28,407 nucleotides of DNA from Macrostomum lignano. Taxonomy: Eukaryota. Below, piece after piece: positions 1-11,714 of this stretch. Each line of letters starts with the position of its first letter. Position 1 is the first letter of the stretch. The stretch is from positions 1 to 28,407 of the forward strand of contig NIVC01005024.1 in assembly GCA_002269645.1 (NCBI GenBank), given 5' to 3'. Made by a program: the position numbers and the translations under genes. The notes under the pieces are model-generated. The model was not told where the DNA came from. It saw only the letters and a program-made list of their open reading frames with translations, and made no database searches.

Positions 1-134
1 CCACTCAACAGCAACAGTGGTGGGAGTTTCACGATAGTGCAACAGGACGACCGTATTACTACAACTACATGAGCGGAGCAACAATGTGGCAAACGGCCAC
101 CATATGCTGACTCATTCCTCTCGCTAGGGTGCAG
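1..134 (+). CDS. ARHGAP39: ARHGAP39/Vilse-like gene, exon with second WW domain (5' end outside window; disrupted by compensating +1/-1 indels and an in-frame TGA at 108-110)
   Basis: Frame starting at base 3 reads TQQQQWWEFHDSATGRPYYYNYMSGATMWQ-TATIC*-LIPLARVQ, followed by donor GTGATT at 135. This matches the WW2 region of ARHGAP39 as I recall it (QWWELFD...RFYYYN...TVWHRP..CDIIPLAKLQ). Not in the ORF track. Confidence 0.8.
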
Positions 135-837
135 GTGATTAGCTTTGCCTTAAGATTGTCTGAACGTATTGCAAAAGCATTCACATCACACTTAGTAGAA
201 AATAACAGCTAAAGAAGCCGACATATACAACACTGTGCTAGTAATAAACTACCAAAGCTTACAAGTAAAACTTAGGCAGAATATAGCTGGACTTTATAAT
301 GCACCACGATTTTCGAATCTTAAATGTATATCATATAGTTCGGACTAAGCTTAGTGTTTGTACTTTGTAGTGACATTCAAACTAGGTAGCGGTCGATTAG
401 CACTACTATAAATCCTACTGCCCAGTAACCCTTTATTCGGTCAAAAGAGTAAGTTTCTTTTAGTTTCTTTGCCTTGGAACGAGCCTCAATTCCGTTAACT
501 GTTGACCTCAAAACCGCCAAAACTAATTTAGCTCAAAAATGCAAGCCACACTGCGGCTTCGTATACCAAAACTAATTCCCAAAAGTGCGCATGGATAAGA
601 ACGATTTAGATGCGATGTCATTAAAGTCGAGATTGCACGCGACGGGTGGGGTGGGCAGAGTGAGTAATTAGCCTGCTTCTCATCATTTGGATGCTTTTTG
701 CGCACCAAATTTGTTCAAACTTGTCCCGGCAAATTTCTGATGCTTGTACATGTGAAAATGTTTTTCCTGGTTTCTCATGCATGTCTTTTGACTACGAGCG
801 TAGTTTGCTCGCATACTTCATTTCGGCGTGCCCGCAG

Positions 838-1118
838 CAGCACCAGCAGCGCTACCAGCTCCAGCATCAGCACCAGCTTCAGCAACTGCCAGGCGCGACT
901 TTCTCGCCGAAAGGCGGCTGCGCCCGCCGCGGCTCGGACGCCGGCTGCTGGACGCCCGGCCGGCAGGCCAGCTTTCGCGATCTGGCAACAGAGTCAGGCG
1001 TCGCGTCGCAGCAGCGACCTTGTCACCGAGGCGTCGGTAACTTCGGCGGCGACGTGGTCGACGGCAGTCCTGGCAGGTGGGCAGCCGGGCGACGAGCTAT
1101 GGATACGTCACTACACAG
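838..1118 (+). CDS. Probable low-complexity (Gln/His-rich) internal exon of the ARHGAP39-like gene
   Basis: GC-rich island with acceptor CCCGCAG at 831-837 (tandem CAGCAG) and donor AG|GTGAGA at 1119. Phase 0 start matches the donor at 135 (…ARVQ|QHQQRYQLQHQHQLQQLPG…). No recognisable domain. Confidence 0.5.
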
Positions 1119-1742
1119 GTGAGACAGAAAATATTAATTAGCAGCCAAACTGATTCAATACGAAAGCTTTGTCTTCATATTTTACCCATGCCGCGTGCTC
1201 CCTTCTTTCTGTTGCTATTTTAGCCACCCAATTACGCAACTTGGCACGTGAGTATTTGTTATAATGCTTCGCAAACTAATTGGCCAGGTAGATGCCTGCC
1301 GTTTTGAGAGCTTAACAGTCTCTAATCAGCCAAATGAAAAATTACCGCATGACAAGTGCTTGGATTGATACCTCTAATACAAATGTAGTTTTTATAACTT
1401 CAAGCTGAACACAGCTTTTGTGCCTGAGTACTCGTAGCTGGCAGCATTGACTATATTATCCCTGTTCATTCAATAGAGTTAAAATCACGCATCTAGCGCG
1501 TGCACAGCTCAAGGTCAGCTTTAAAGAAATTCCCTATCCCTCCTTCATGTACATTCAATTGATTTCTAGCCCCTGTGTGTACATTCCCGGGTCAGAAGCC
1601 TAACTAAAATTCTCTGTCTCGCCTAGCCTGCATGTACATTCATTTTTTCTAAACCAGTGGCCAGTTGTGTGCATTGAAAGATTGCTGCCAGGCCCCAGTT
1701 ACCTAGAAAGCCTCCTCCCATGCTCCGCTTGCTGGTGTATTA

Positions 1743-1754
1743 GTAATAATAATG

Positions 1755-1791
<37 letters not shown>

Positions 1792-1825
1792 GACCTAATA
1801 ATAATAATAATATTAATGTTAATAA
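1743..1825. repeat. (AAT)n microsatellite; serves as 3' tail of adjacent minus-strand SINE
   Basis: Direct reading: taataataat… run. Confidence 0.9.
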
Positions 1826-2052
1826 TGTGCAACCGACAGCTCAGCCGCAGCTATTGGGGGTCGACTGGGGGATCCCCACACTCAGCCTCAGTTACCCCAG
1901 CTAATGCTGGCATCCATTTTACAGCTGGGTGAACTGAAGCAAAGCAGAGTTAAGTGTCTTGCTCAAGGACACAGATTGTTCCGAGTGTGGGTCGAGAATC
2001 GAACCCCCGACCTTTCAGTCGTAAGTCCGACACTCTAACCACTAGGCTACAA
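1743..2052 (-). mobile_element. tRNA-derived SINE with CORE-like central domain and (ATT)n tail
   Basis: The reverse complement begins GTAGCCTAGTGGTTAGAG (A box)…GGTTCGATTCT (B box). It continues GTGTCCTTGAGCAAGACACTTAACTCTGCTTTGCTTCAGTTCACCCAGCTGTAAAATGG, which resembles the MIR/CORE consensus, and ends in ATT repeats. Confidence 0.8.
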
Positions 2053-2721
2053 ACCATAATTCTACGGGCGTAATTTGTATTAGTAGCAAAATTATAAAAA
2101 GTACTTAAGCTTTTAAAGCTGTTGAAGCAGCAGGGGTTGATAAATAATAAATTAAAGTCTGCAAGAAAATAAATAGGGCATTCGAACCATCAATTTAGCC
2201 ATAAAAAGCCTCTCTCTTATCAAGCACCAGGCTTGAGCAAACAGTTTTTAATCCGAAGTCAAGCGACAGATGCAGTCGTTTACGAGCACAAAAGTACATA
2301 AACTGCTAGAATGGTATTCGATACGCTCTCTGCTCGATGAATGAATTATAGGCCAGCACTATGATATGGTGTGGCTGCACGCTCTGTGAGACGCATCTGT
2401 TCGAGCTACTGCATGACTGTGTCCTGTGCATCTCCCCACCAATTCCGCTCACTGCATCTGCCTGTTGCTTTTGCCGATAAAATTCGACCAGCTTCGCCGC
2501 GTCTCCTGCTCGGCACTTCGGGGTGGCAGTCTTGTTTGGTCGCTTTTTTGGAATGCAGCCAAGTCAGGCCATTTTGGGGAGGGGAAACTCGATTATATAA
2601 AGTGCACTTGCTCTCAAGCGGAGTGAGACTGCAGGGCTGTTTTGAAGTCTGAAGTTGAAATAAAATATCTATATACAAAAAATAATAGAATAAACTCTTG
2701 ACCTCAGTAAAATCCAAGCAA

Positions 2722-3025
2722 TCTATTCCTTCATCCATGATGTTGGCTAGATTAGCAATCCATTCTATTCCTTCCTGCATTCATGATGTTGGCTAGATTA
2801 GCAATCCATTCTATTCCTTCCTGCATTCATGATGTTGGCTAGATTATCAATCCATTCTATTCCTTCATGCATTCATGATGTTGGCTAGATTAGCAATCCA
2901 TTCTATTCCTTCCTGCATTCATGATGTTGGCTAGATTAGCTATCCATTCTATTCCTTCATCATTCATGATGTTGGCTAGATTAGCTATCCATTCTATTCC
3001 TTCATCAATGATGTTGGCTAGATTG
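2722..3025. repeat. 46-bp minisatellite, ~6.5 copies (CATGATGTTGGCTAGATTAGCAATCCATTCTATTCCTTCCTGCATT)
   Basis: Unit starts at 2736, 2782, 2828, 2874, 2920, 2965. Confidence 0.92.
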
Positions 3026-3500
3026 AGAGCAAGAATTTCTCATTTAATAATAATTGTGCAATTTCAAGTGCACATGTTCTACTAAAGAGCGGCTGAATGG
3101 ACAGATTATATCCCAATTCGGGAATCAGCATATAAAAAAGCTGTAATCGCGGCCCAGTCCTGCCTCCCCCTGCATGCATGCCTCCCAATGTTGCATTCGA
3201 GCCGCACTAAGTCGGCTGTCTGTCTCTCGCGTTGCTTTCAGCTGAAATTCCGAGCCTAAAAGAGGGGGGGGGTTGCGCGGCGCATTCGCTGTGTCTCTGG
3301 ACGAGGCTGGCAGGGTTTTACGGCTACAGGCAGCCCCTCCCCTCCCTCACTCTGCCCCCGCCTTGTCCCACCCTCAGTGTTTTTTGACCCCCAACGCCAC
3401 GCCGCCGAATTATTGCTTGCCATGGAATTCTAGATAGATGCTGTCTGGTTTGGAGTGCGACTTCTGCCCGACCCCAATGAGAGAAGCTTGGATGCCCTGG

Positions 3501-4906
3501 TAGAATGAGTAGAATGAGTAGAATGAGTAGAATGAGTAGAATGAGTAGAATGAGTAGAATGAGTAGAATGAGAAGAATGGGTAGAATGAGTAGAATGAGT
3601 AGAATGAGTAGAATGAGTAGAATGAGTAGAATGAGTAGAATGAGTAGAATGAGTAGAATGAGTAGAATGAGTAGAATGGGTAGAATGAGCAGAATGAGTA
3701 GAATGAGTAGAATGAGAAGAATGGGTAGAATGAGTAGAATGAGTAGAATGAGTAGAATGAGTAGAATGAGTAGAATGAGTAGAATGAGTAGAATGGGTAG
3801 AATGGGTCAGAATGAGTAGAATGAGAAGAATGGGTAGAATGGGTCAGAATGAGTAGAATGAGTAGAATGAGTAGAGTAAGTAGAATGAGTAGAATGAGTA
3901 GAATGAGTAGAATGAGAAGAATGGGTAGAATGGGTCAGAATGAGTAGAATGAGTAGAATGAGTAGAGTGAGTAGAATGAGTAGAATGAGTAGAGTGAGTA
4001 GAGTGAGTAGAATGAGTAGAATGAGTAGAGTGAGTAGAATGAGTAAAATGAGTCAGAATGAGTAGAATGAGTAGAATGAGTAGAATGAGTAGAATGAGTA
4101 GAATGAGTAGAATGAGTAGAATGAGTAGAATGAGTAGAATGAGTAGAATGAGTAGAATGAGTAGAATGAGTAGAGTGAGTAGAGTGAGTAGAATGAGTAG
4201 AGTGAGTAGAGTGAGTAGAATGAGTAGAATGAGTAGAATGAGTAGAATGAGTAGAATGAGTAGAATGAGTAGAATGAGTAGAATGAGTAGAATGAGTAGA
4301 ATGAGTAGAATGGGTAGAATGAACAGAATGAGTAGAATGAGTAGAATGAGAAGAATGGGTAGAATGAGTAGAATGAGTAGAATGAGTAGAATGAGTAGAA
4401 TGAGTAGAATAAGTAGAATGAGTAGAATGGGTAGAATGGGTCAGAATGAGTAGAATGAGAAGAATGGGTAGAATGGGTCAGAATGAGTAGAATGAGTAGA
4501 ATGAGTAGAATGAGTAGAATGAGTAGAATGAGTAGAATGAGTAGAATGAGTAGAATGAGTAGAATGAGTAGAATGAGTAGAGTGAGTAGAGTGAGTAGAA
4601 TGAGTAGAATGAGTAGAGTGAGTAGAATGAGTAGAATGAGTAGAATGAGTAGAATGAGTAGAATGAGTAGAATGAGTAGAATGAGTAGAATGAGTAGAAT
4701 GAGTAGAATGAGTAGAATGAGTAGAATGAGTAGAATGAGTAGAATGAGTAGAATGAGTAGAATGAGTAGAATGAGTAGAATGAGTAGAGTGAGTAGAATG
4801 AGTAGAATGAGTAGAATGGGTAGAATGAGTAGAATGAGTAGAATGAGTGGAATTAGTAGAATGAGTAGAATGAGTAGAATGAGTAGAATGAGTAGAATGA
4901 GTAGAA
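3501..4906. repeat. 9-bp minisatellite (AGAATGAGT)n, ~155 copies, with recurrent variant blocks
   Basis: Direct reading; source of the MSR/STH pseudo-ORFs. Confidence 0.97.
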
Positions 4907-5001
4907 CTCAAGAATCGTAAGGGAGTTTCCTAACCAGACACTTTCATTTCAGTGCTCCGTGGTCCATCGGCCATTGCGACTAAATGTATCTGGCCTCTCA
5001 G

Positions 5002-5074
5002 CCTAACTTCGGCCATCCCTTTCCTGTTCCCCTCTTCCCACTTGAACTGTCGGATACTCTCCAAATTCCGCCAG
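5002..5074 (+). CDS. Candidate 73-nt bridging exon of ARHGAP39-like gene (speculative)
   Basis: Acceptor CTCTCAG (4995-5001) and consensus donor CAG|GTAAGT (5075). Phase 2 in, phase 0 out, no stop. This exactly reconciles exon 838-1118 with exon 20442. Confidence 0.25.
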
Positions 5075-5367
5075 GTAAGTCCGCAGATAAAGCTGCAAGG
5101 TATTTAGACTTCGATGGGAGGGAGAAGGGAGGAAATGCGCTTATTCCCGACTCCATTTCGATTTCAAGTTCAAAGATACGAAAGCAGTCGCTGCGCAAAA
5201 AGTGTTGGTAGTTAGAAATTTTTGGTATTCGAAATTTTTATGGAGTCTTAGACTTTTAAATTAACCGAGGAGCAAATTTTTTTGGCATGTTTGTGTTTCC
5301 ACCGTCTGGCTTTCATTTTCTGGCGCCTAGAAGATGGCGTCTGAAACCTGCACCAGAAGTTATCTGT

Positions 5368-6312
5368 AAATCGAGTGACCTAGAAATCGAGTGATCTAGA
5401 AATTGAGTGACCTAGAAATCGAGTGACCTAGAAATCGAGTGACCTAGAAATCGAGTGACCTAGAAATCGAGTGATCTGGAAATCGAGTGATCTAGAAATC
5501 GAGTAATCTAGAAATCGAGTAATCTAGAAATTAAGTAATCTAGAAATCAAGTAATCTAGAAATCAAGTAATCTAGAGATCGATTGACCTAGAAATCGAGT
5601 GACCTAGAAATCGAGTGATCTAGAAATCGAGTGATCTAGAAATCGAATGCTTTAGAAATCGAATGATCTAGAAATCGAATGCTTTAGAAATCGAATGATC
5701 TAGAAATCGAGTGATCTAGAAATCGAGTGATCTAGAAATCGAGTGATCTAGAAATCGAATGCTTTAGAAATCGAATGATCTAGAAATCGAGTGATCTAGA
5801 AATCGAGTGATCCAAAAATCGAATGATCTAGAAATAAAGTAATCTAGAAATCGAGTGACCTAGAAATCGAGTGACCTTAGAAATCGAGTGACCTAGAAAT
5901 CGAGTGACCTAGAAATCGAGTGACCTAGAAATCGAGAGATCTGGAAATCGAGTGATCTAGAAATCGAGTAATCTAGAAATTAAGTAATCTAGAAATCAAG
6001 TAATCTAGAAATCAAGTAATCTAGAAATCAAGTAATCTAGAAATCGAGCAATCTAGAAATCGAGTGACCTAGAAATCAAGTAATCTAGAAATCAAGTAAT
6101 CTAGAAATTAAGTAATCTAGAAATCAAGTAATCTAGAAATCAAGTAATCTAGAAATCAAGTAATCTAGAAATCGAGTAATCTAGAAATCGAGTGACCTAG
6201 AAATCGAATGATCTAGAAATCGAGTGATCTAGAAATCGAATGATTTAGAAATCGAGTGATCTAGAAATCGAGTGACCTAGAAATCGAGTGATCTAGAAAT
6301 CGAATGACCTAG
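5368..6312. repeat. 16-bp minisatellite (AAATCGAGTGAYCTAG)n, ~59 copies
   Basis: Direct reading, with variant sub-blocks (AAATCAAGTAATCTAG, AAATCGAATGCTTTAG). Confidence 0.96.
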
Positions 6313-6329
6313 ATTGTTAGGCATGTACA

Positions 6330-6495
6330 CTTCACTGCGCCTTGGGGGTTGGCCCCCAAGGGCGTTAATTGCACGAGCAGAGCCAAGCCGAGATTCCAAT
6401 TCAGCCCAAAATTAATGTGACTGCACTTGGAATCGAGCCTGGGCCGCTGGCATGTAAGAGTGCCGTGCCAGAGCACTGGACGCACAGCCGTCCTA
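6330..6495 (-). mobile_element. Possible second tRNA-derived SINE fragment (degenerate tRNA-like head plus GC hairpin)
   Basis: The reverse complement reads GGCTGTGCGTCCAGTGC (A-box-like)…GGCA-CTCTTACA-TGCC (anticodon-like stem)…GGCTCGATTCC (B-box-like). A 9-bp hairpin CCTTGGGGG-ttgg-CCCCCAAGG lies at 6340-6361. Confidence 0.4.
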
Positions 6496-7102
6496 CAAAT
6501 CCTAAACTAAAGTTTTAAACTTAAACTAAACTTAAAGGAATAAACAATCAAAAAGTCGCCTTTATGCTACGGATTAGTTGCGACCCTATCCATACCCTTT
6601 CTGATTGGTCATTTTGCGGACTTCCCAACGCAGTTCTTCGTAACGACCTAAAAAACTGGATTCTGTAACTGTTGGATTCTTCACCAGCTGAGGGCACGCA
6701 CGAATAGGCTTGTCTTGTCTGACTATCGGTCGCCATCAAAGGTTTTGCCAGGGGAGGAAAGATGGGGCATCAGTCGGGGCGCAGATATTTGCGGCAATGA
6801 CTCATCCGGGTAGCTGATAGGGTCGGCTTTCAAGTCCTCCCCCCCCCCGACTGCGGTTTTATGCTATCGGTGCACAAATGTCATAACCGTTACTGATAAT
6901 CCTTCTAATCTGTCCGATTGTAGCATTCTTTGATTAATTAGGGCATCCAGGTGCGACCAACCTCCTGGATAGCAGGAAAATTATTGATTGACGGCTGTTT
7001 CTGAGAAAACCGTCAGGAAAATATCTGTTCCATCGATTTGCAGTCACGTCTGTGTTGTATTGCATAATAACTTTTCATTCTGTAGTTTCCATGTGCTCTC
7101 CC

Positions 7103-7322
7103 CCTACTGAGTTCTCCCCTTCTGAGTTCTCCCCTTCTCCCCTTCTGAGTTCTCCCCTTCTGAGTTCTCCCCTTCTGAGTTCTCCCCTTCTGAGTTCTCC
7201 CCTTCTGAGTTCTCCCCTTCTGAGTTCTCCCCTTCTGAGTTCTCCCCTTCTGAGTTCTCTCCTGAGTTCCCCCCTTTTGAGTTCTCCTCTTTCTGAGTTC
7301 TCCCCTTTCTGAGTTCTCCCCA
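7103..7322. repeat. 15-bp minisatellite (CTGAGTTCTCCCCTT)n, ~14 copies
   Basis: Direct reading. Confidence 0.95.
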
Positions 7323-7670
7323 CTATTTGTCCTGCTCCCATTCCTCTTTCTTTTCATGTTAATCCCTCCATCAGTTTCAGTTCCCTGTCGACTTCTCTAC
7401 AATAATCTCTATTTGGATTCGAATTCACTCCCCGAGAGACTGGAGAAACGGAGGGGAGCGGCAGCGAACCGGCCTCAGATAGAATTTTTATCATTTTTTT
7501 ACTAAGGCGGCCGGATTAAAACAGAGATTTGAGGGCAGGGGCTCCGTGCTGCCTCACAGCTCTCTGTGCGTGGCCTGGCGCAAACTGCCTGCATGGTCGG
7601 TCGGGGTATCGTCAGGGCTTGATCCGCTGAGCTGCCTCTGCGTCCCGGAGTCTCAGCAGGATTGCTGGTT

Positions 7671-8284
<614 letters not shown>

Positions 8285-8830
8285 AATCCGTCAGTTTCAA
8301 TCTTCACCCAGCATCATATTCTGGAATCCCGGATGTCTACCCCACCACCCCTCCATTATCCCGAGAGCAGAACTCAATCTCTAAGCCAGCATGGCCCAGC
8401 ACTGCGCCAGAAGCATTACATAATCAGGATTATGAGTTGTAAAAAGCCAAAAAATTGGCGAGGAAGAAAAGAGAAGGAAAATTTCTCTTAGAGTTTGGAG
8501 CTCCTGCTCTCTTCCCATTTGTGTCCTCATGCGTCCCCCAAGGTAACTGCTCCCATCGCCTTGGTTCCATTCTTCCCAATTTTTCTACTCCAACCCCATC
8601 CGCCACTGTCAACGGAGCGGCGGCGGCTGCTCAACTAAAGAGTGATTACGCAATCGATATTTCTGTAACCAACTCGCAAACTTGGGCCGTGGCTGTTGCT
8701 CACCGCGGCTCCTGATTCTCTGAGTAGCAAAATGGAGTCTCAGCTTCTTTCGCATCAACTTTAACGCGAGTGGCTGGCACTTTGCGATGCTTCGCTTATT
8801 GAATCTTCTGGAGGGTGGAATGTGGAATAG

Positions 8831-9123
<293 letters not shown>

Positions 9124-9789
9124 AGAATGCTAATATAAAAAGAGTTGTACCAATAATAACAGAAAGTGATTGCTGCTTATACTTCATAATAATAATTTTA
9201 ATCAATTAACATAAGGGATAATACTAGCAAAAGAAGCCACACCGATCATTGCAGCATTAACGTAGTCTCGGTGCACTGACCAGACGCATCTTTGCATCTG
9301 CAGCCTCCGGGTCCGAGGGCTGTAAAAAACATGCAGGTTCAATTTGCGGCCGCCTGCCCCCCCAATTTGGCAAGCGGCTGATCCCCCTGTGCGGCGGCGG
9401 GTTTCTTTCCAGCCCAGCCGAACCCACCGCTCCGTTATCCCTTCATAGCAGCGGGTTGTGCAACGCCACCCTTCGGTTGGATGCAAAGTAAAACGAGAAA
9501 AATCTTACGGTTATGAACCTTCTTCTATCCCAGGTTAGAAACGTAGAAAACAGCAGCTTGTTCTTTTGACCCCCCTAACCTTAAAGTCGAATCAAAACCG
9601 CGGCTTGCTGTGTTGCTGCAGAAATGCGCTACGAATGAGTCACGCCTGCGTGGCAGCTCTGAGTCACAGGGTCAGCTTCCTGAGCTTTAGTAGCTTCCGC
9701 TACTCTTCCAAGTATATCTTCCTGAAGTCTGCCAGGCTCCGCTCTCCTTTGTATGAAGCTTTCTGAGCTTCGAAAGCTTCCACTCCTCT

Positions 9790-11163
9790 TCCTATGGTTT
9801 CAAAAACTTTGACAGCTTCCGCTCTTCTTCCTATAGCTTCCAGAAACTTTGACAGCTTCCGCTTCTCTTCCAATAGCTTCCAGAAACTTTGACAGCTTCC
9901 GCTTCTCTTCCGATAGCTTCCAGAAACTTTGACAGCTTCCGCTTCTCTTCCGATAGCTTCCAGAAACTTTGACAGCTTCCGCTCTTCTTCCGATAGCTTC
10001 CAGAAATTTGACAGCTTCCGCTACTCTTCTGATAGCTTCCAGAAACTTTGACAGCTTCCGCTTCTCTTCCGATAGCTTCCAGAAACTTTGACAGCTTCCG
10101 CTCCTCTTTCGATAGCTTCCAGAAACTTTGACAGCTTCCGCTTCTCTTCCGATAGCTTCCAGAAATTTGACAGCTTCCGCTTCTCTTCCGATAGCTTCCA
10201 GAAACTTTGACAGCTTCCGCTACTCTTCCGTGCAGCTTCCAGAAACTTTGACAGCTTCCGCTTCTCTTCCGATAGCTTCCAGAAATTTGACAGCTTCCGC
10301 TTCTCTTCCGATAGCTTCCAGAAACTTTGACAGCTTCCGCTACTCTTCCGTGCAGCTTCCAGAAACTTTGACAGCTTCCGCTTCTCTTCCGATAGCTTCC
10401 AGAAACTTTGACAGCTTCCGCTCTTCTTCCGATAGCTTCCAGAAATTTGACAGCTTCCGCTACTCTTCCGATAGCTTCCAGAAACTTTGACAGCTTCCGC
10501 TTCTCTTCCGATAGCTTCCAGAAATTTGACAGCTTCCGCTTCTCTTCCGATAGCTTCCAGAAACTTTGACAGCTTCCGCTTCTCTTCCGATAGCTTCCAG
10601 AAACTTTGACAGCTTCCGCTCTTCTTCCGATAGCTTCCAGAAACTTTGACAATTTCCGCTTCTCTTCCGTGCAGCTTCCAGAAACTTTGACAGCTTCCGC
10701 TTCTCTTCCGATAGCTTCCAGAAATTTGACAGCTTCCGCTACTCTTCCGATAGCTTCCAGAAATTTGACAGCTTCCGCTTCTCTTCCGATAGCTTCCAGA
10801 AACTTTGACAGCTTCCACTCCTCTTTCGATAGCTTCCAGAAACTTTGACAGCTTCCGCTTCTCTTCCGATAGCTTCCAGAAATTTGACAGCTTCCGCTTC
10901 TCTTCCGATAGCTTCCAGAAACTTTGACAGCTTCCGCTACTCTTCCGTGCAGCTTCCAGAAACTTTGACAGCTTCCGCTTCTCTTCCGATAGCTTCCAGA
11001 AATTTGACAGCTTCCGCTCTTCTTCCGATAGCTTCCAGAAATTTGACAGCTTCCGCTACTCTTCCGATAGCTTCCAGAAACTTTGACAGCTTCCGCTCTT
11101 CTTCCGATAGCTTCCAGAAACTTTGACAATTTCCGCTTCTCTTCCGTGCAGCTTCCTGAACTT
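9790..11163. repeat. 39/40-bp minisatellite (AAACTTTGACAGCTTCCGCTTCTCTTCCGATAGCTTCCAG)n, ~34 copies
   Basis: Direct reading; a degenerate precursor-like flank lies at ~9690-9790. Confidence 0.96.
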
Positions 11164-11714
11164 TGAACTTTGGATAAACCCTCGTCAACAGGCATTTTTT
11201 GTTTGAAAAAAAATTGACATCAACCGAACAAGAAGCCACTTGCGAGCTTCACAACCAGTTTGCATTTATCAACTCTGGTCCCAACTCCTCTCCCCATTCA
11301 GCTCTTCCTCCAGGGACTTGTCGAAGTACTGCACTCTGACCCCCGCCAAGCCAGGATCGCAATCCTATCCTGCCCCTGTCAGACTGGTCATATTGCCCCC
11401 CCTCTATGCTCCGCGGTTCAGTTTTTATACTCTTAGCAAATCGCGATGCGCCCAGCTCCCCAGAGAGCGCGCGCGCGAGGCTTCATAGTTCACTTCCCCC
11501 CCCTGACAGCTCGACCATTCTTGCCATTCATTCATCCATCTTGGACTACTCCCTGGAGGCGCTGAGCTGAAGGCCAGCAGCCTAAGTTGCAGATTTTTAC
11601 ACTTCTATGCTGGTTTGTATAGAAATCTGGCAGGGGGCTGCCGTCAGGCTTATGGTGATCTTAATTGTGCGTAAGCTTGCTGCATTTGGCGGCAGCGAAT
11701 CCAGTTTTCTTCTT

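Noticed and set aside
5368-6312. Array of heat-shock elements (…TCTAGAA…)
   Set aside because: Lacks the alternating nGAAn/nTTCn triplet arrangement required for an HSE.
6308-6361. Helitron 3' end (hairpin + CTAG) on minus strand
   Set aside because: The hairpin is ~28 nt from CTAG, which is part of the satellite and not followed by T; no matching 5' TC end identified.
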